From positions 1 to 48,798 of the IMG/VR virus record IMGVR_UViG_3300022542_000629: DNA of 48,798 bases; one strand, written 5' to 3'. A program made the translations under genes and the position numbers. The DNA is from a virus. This document shows, one piece after another, positions 47,460-48,798 of this stretch (within the stretch, counting starts at the first letter, position 1; every line of letters starts with the position of its first letter). The notes below the pieces were generated by a model. The model made no database searches, had not been told where the DNA came from, and saw only the letters and a program-made list of their open reading frames with translations.

Positions 47460-47631
47460 CCTCCTCTGCATCATCAGGCAGACGCTGATATGCCCACCAC
47501 AGTGCCCGATCGCAAGCAGCGATAACTGACAACGGCGGCATTTGTTTGAGTGCCCACCGCACCAGAAAGTTGACCGCCTCAGCCGTTGTTTTATCATCTG
47601 GACTTGTGCCATAGTTTATGATCTCTGTCAC
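47446..47631 (-). CDS. Hypothetical protein (61 aa, GTG start)
   Basis: GTGA overlap with the stop of the upstream micro-ORF. Confidence 0.4.
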   Translation of the reverse strand: MTEIINYGTSPDDKTTAEAVNFLVRWALKQMPPLSVIAACDRALWWAYQRLPDDAEEDASD

Positions 47632-47729
47632 CGCCCGCCCACCCCTGGCTTGCGGAAGCCGAACACCAAGATGAGTACGCAAATCACAGCCGCGAATAAA
47701 AGCAAACCTAAAACTACGTATCCTAACAT
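47628..47729 (-). CDS. Possible 33-aa TM peptide
   Basis: Hand translation MLGYVVLGLLLFAAVICVLILVFGFRKPGVGGR. RBS GGAGGCAGTGCA. Confidence 0.4.
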   Translation of the reverse strand: MLGYVVLGLLLFAAVICVLILVFGFRKPGVGGR

Positions 47730-47798
47730 TGCACTGCCTCCATAACGTCTAGTTCAAACTGTAGCAGATTCTCACAAGTAGGGCTTTGGTGCGAGCGG

Positions 47799-48798
47799 TC
47801 ACTGCGGCTTTTCCATGCATAAAATCAACTCCCAGTCGATGCGCGGTGCTCCCTTTTTCTCGCATAAAATTCTGAAAAAGCTCTTATACCACTTCTCCAT
47901 GCTTACTTCATCACCGTCCAACGTGATCTGCATAATGTCAGCATTCTTGTTCATCCAGGCGCGATGCTTGCAGACAGTGTGGAAGCCGACAGACTGGCAT
48001 AGCGCCTCCCATTGCCCAGGGAAATCTACCAGCCGCCCCGACCTGACGAACATTTTAAGAACCCATATCGCATGCCCGCCCGGCGCGAGCACCTTATAGA
48101 CCTCCTCCAATATCTGCCTACTTGCGGCCCAGAACGTGGAGCCGGTTTCGTTGCCCATTTGTCCTTCGGTTTGTCCATATTCGTCAGTTTGCCCAGCGAG
48201 TACTGAGCCAACATGTCCAAATTTCTCGCGGTTGGCAGCATTCAAATTATGCGCTACGTCACTGGTTTCCCACGGCGGCGATGATAGGCAAAGTTCCGCC
48301 CTCCCCGTCTCCGCGCCCGCCTCCAGCGCCGCCGCGTGGTCGCCGGTGGGCAGGGCGGCGAGTTGGCCGTCAGACTGCGGGATGTCATAGTCACGCTTGC
48401 ATCGGTTGTATGCCTCATCCTTGTCGTAGGAATGAAAGCCTTTTGTCTCGCCGCCTTTGACGTAAGTGGACTGGAATGGAGGTGAGGACAGGGCCAAGTC
48501 AAAAGAGCCTTCGGGCATCTGCGCCAGTTGACCCGGGCCACTTCCATAACCGTTCATTATGCGCGCCTGTGAATTTGGCCCGGCCTTACCTAGTTTCTCA
48601 ATATCTATTCCAGGCTTGCCCTCACGAATACTGCCAATGTAGGGCGGTGAGCCCAGGGCCAGCGCCGCCTCGAAGCCGGTGTCGGGCAGGTTGCCCAGGT
48701 TGCCTGCGGTTTGGCCGTAATCTGCTTTAATCGAGCGGCCGCCAGGAGCACCAGAGGCTTCCCAATCTATCCCGTCTCCGCCGTGAACTGTTCGGCTA
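47799..48798 (-). CDS. Same methyltransferase, C-terminal part. The last 141 nt duplicate 1..141.
   Basis: The frame of ORF 47799..48557 stays open upstream to the window end (...TGFEAALALGSPPYIGSIREGKPGIDIEKLGKAGPNSQARIMNGY...). 48657 is divisible by 3, so it joins 1..821 in frame, giving 559 aa in total. SPPY at 48639..48650, SPPF at 48474..48485, SPPW at 48270..48281, then VLAPGGHAIWVLK. Confidence 0.8.
   Translation of the reverse strand, partial: SRTVHGGDGIDWEASGAPGGRSIKADYGQTAGNLGNLPDTGFEAALALGSPPYIGSIREGKPGIDIEKLGKAGPNSQARIMNGYGSGPGQLAQMPEGSFDLALSSPPFQSTYVKGGETKGFHSYDKDEAYNRCKRDYDIPQSDGQLAALPTGDHAAALEAGAETGRAELCLSSPPWETSDVAHNLNAANREKFGHVGSVLAGQTDEYGQTEGQMGNETGSTFWAASRQILEEVYKVLAPGGHAIWVLKMFVRSGRLVDFPGQWEALCQSVGFHTVCKHRAWMNKNADIMQITLDGDEVSMEKWYKSFFRILCEKKGAPRIDWELILCMEKPQ
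48658..48798. repeat. Terminal overlap copy B (identical to 1..141)
   Basis: Same as copy A. The identity runs exactly to both window edges. Confidence 0.95.

Overview
The window is a complete tailed dsDNA phage genome with siphovirus-type morphogenesis genes. The first and last 141 nt are identical, giving a circular or terminally redundant unit of 48,657 bp. There is one divergent promoter hub at about 16.95-17.02 kb and one convergent end zone at about 46.1-46.3 kb. The leftward (minus-strand) arm runs 16.8 kb -> 1, wraps, and ends at 46.3 kb. It carries about 45 mostly small early, replication and DNA-metabolism genes: an MT-A70 methylase, a Sak4-like ATPase, a DnaD-like initiator, a DnaC-like loader, RusA, an RHH-sigma region 4 fusion, a GreA C-terminal-domain-like protein, and a 559-aa methyltransferase that spans the circular junction. 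The rightward (plus-strand) arm runs 17.1 -> 46.1 kb. It carries a holin-like protein, a signal-anchored pectate-lyase-like enzyme, an accessory fibre/LamG module, a PD-(D/E)XK nuclease, TerS, TerL, portal, MuF, scaffold, decoration protein, major capsid protein, connectors, tail tube, a G/GT chaperone with a -1 frameshift, tape measure, Dit, a receptor-binding-like protein, a beta-helix/Tal fusion, a CBM-like protein and a lysis cassette. Three AT-rich homing-endonuclease genes (two HNH, one LAGLIDADG) are inserted. I found no integrase, no recognisable CI-type repressor, and no canonical tRNA, rRNA or CRISPR array. The most interesting signals are outside the standard gene calls. (1) An array of nine GTTAGAA heptamers at 11-bp spacing fills the gap in front of the lysis cassette. 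(2) Five exact TTGACA/TATAAT promoters plus one near-consensus promoter all match the local gene direction, and several are followed by unusual leaders (a structured RNA with terminator, a roughly 70% purine leader, and an interleaved double stem). (3) A pair of boxB-like hairpins shows compensatory stem changes, next to a tRNA-like T-arm/CCA element. (4) The junction-spanning methyltransferase has one SAM motif but four tandem SPP[Y/F/W] catalytic-loop modules. (5) An RHH-sigma4 fusion and a stand-alone GreA-CTD-like protein both point at host RNA polymerase. All functional names come from motifs read in the translations; no database search was possible.
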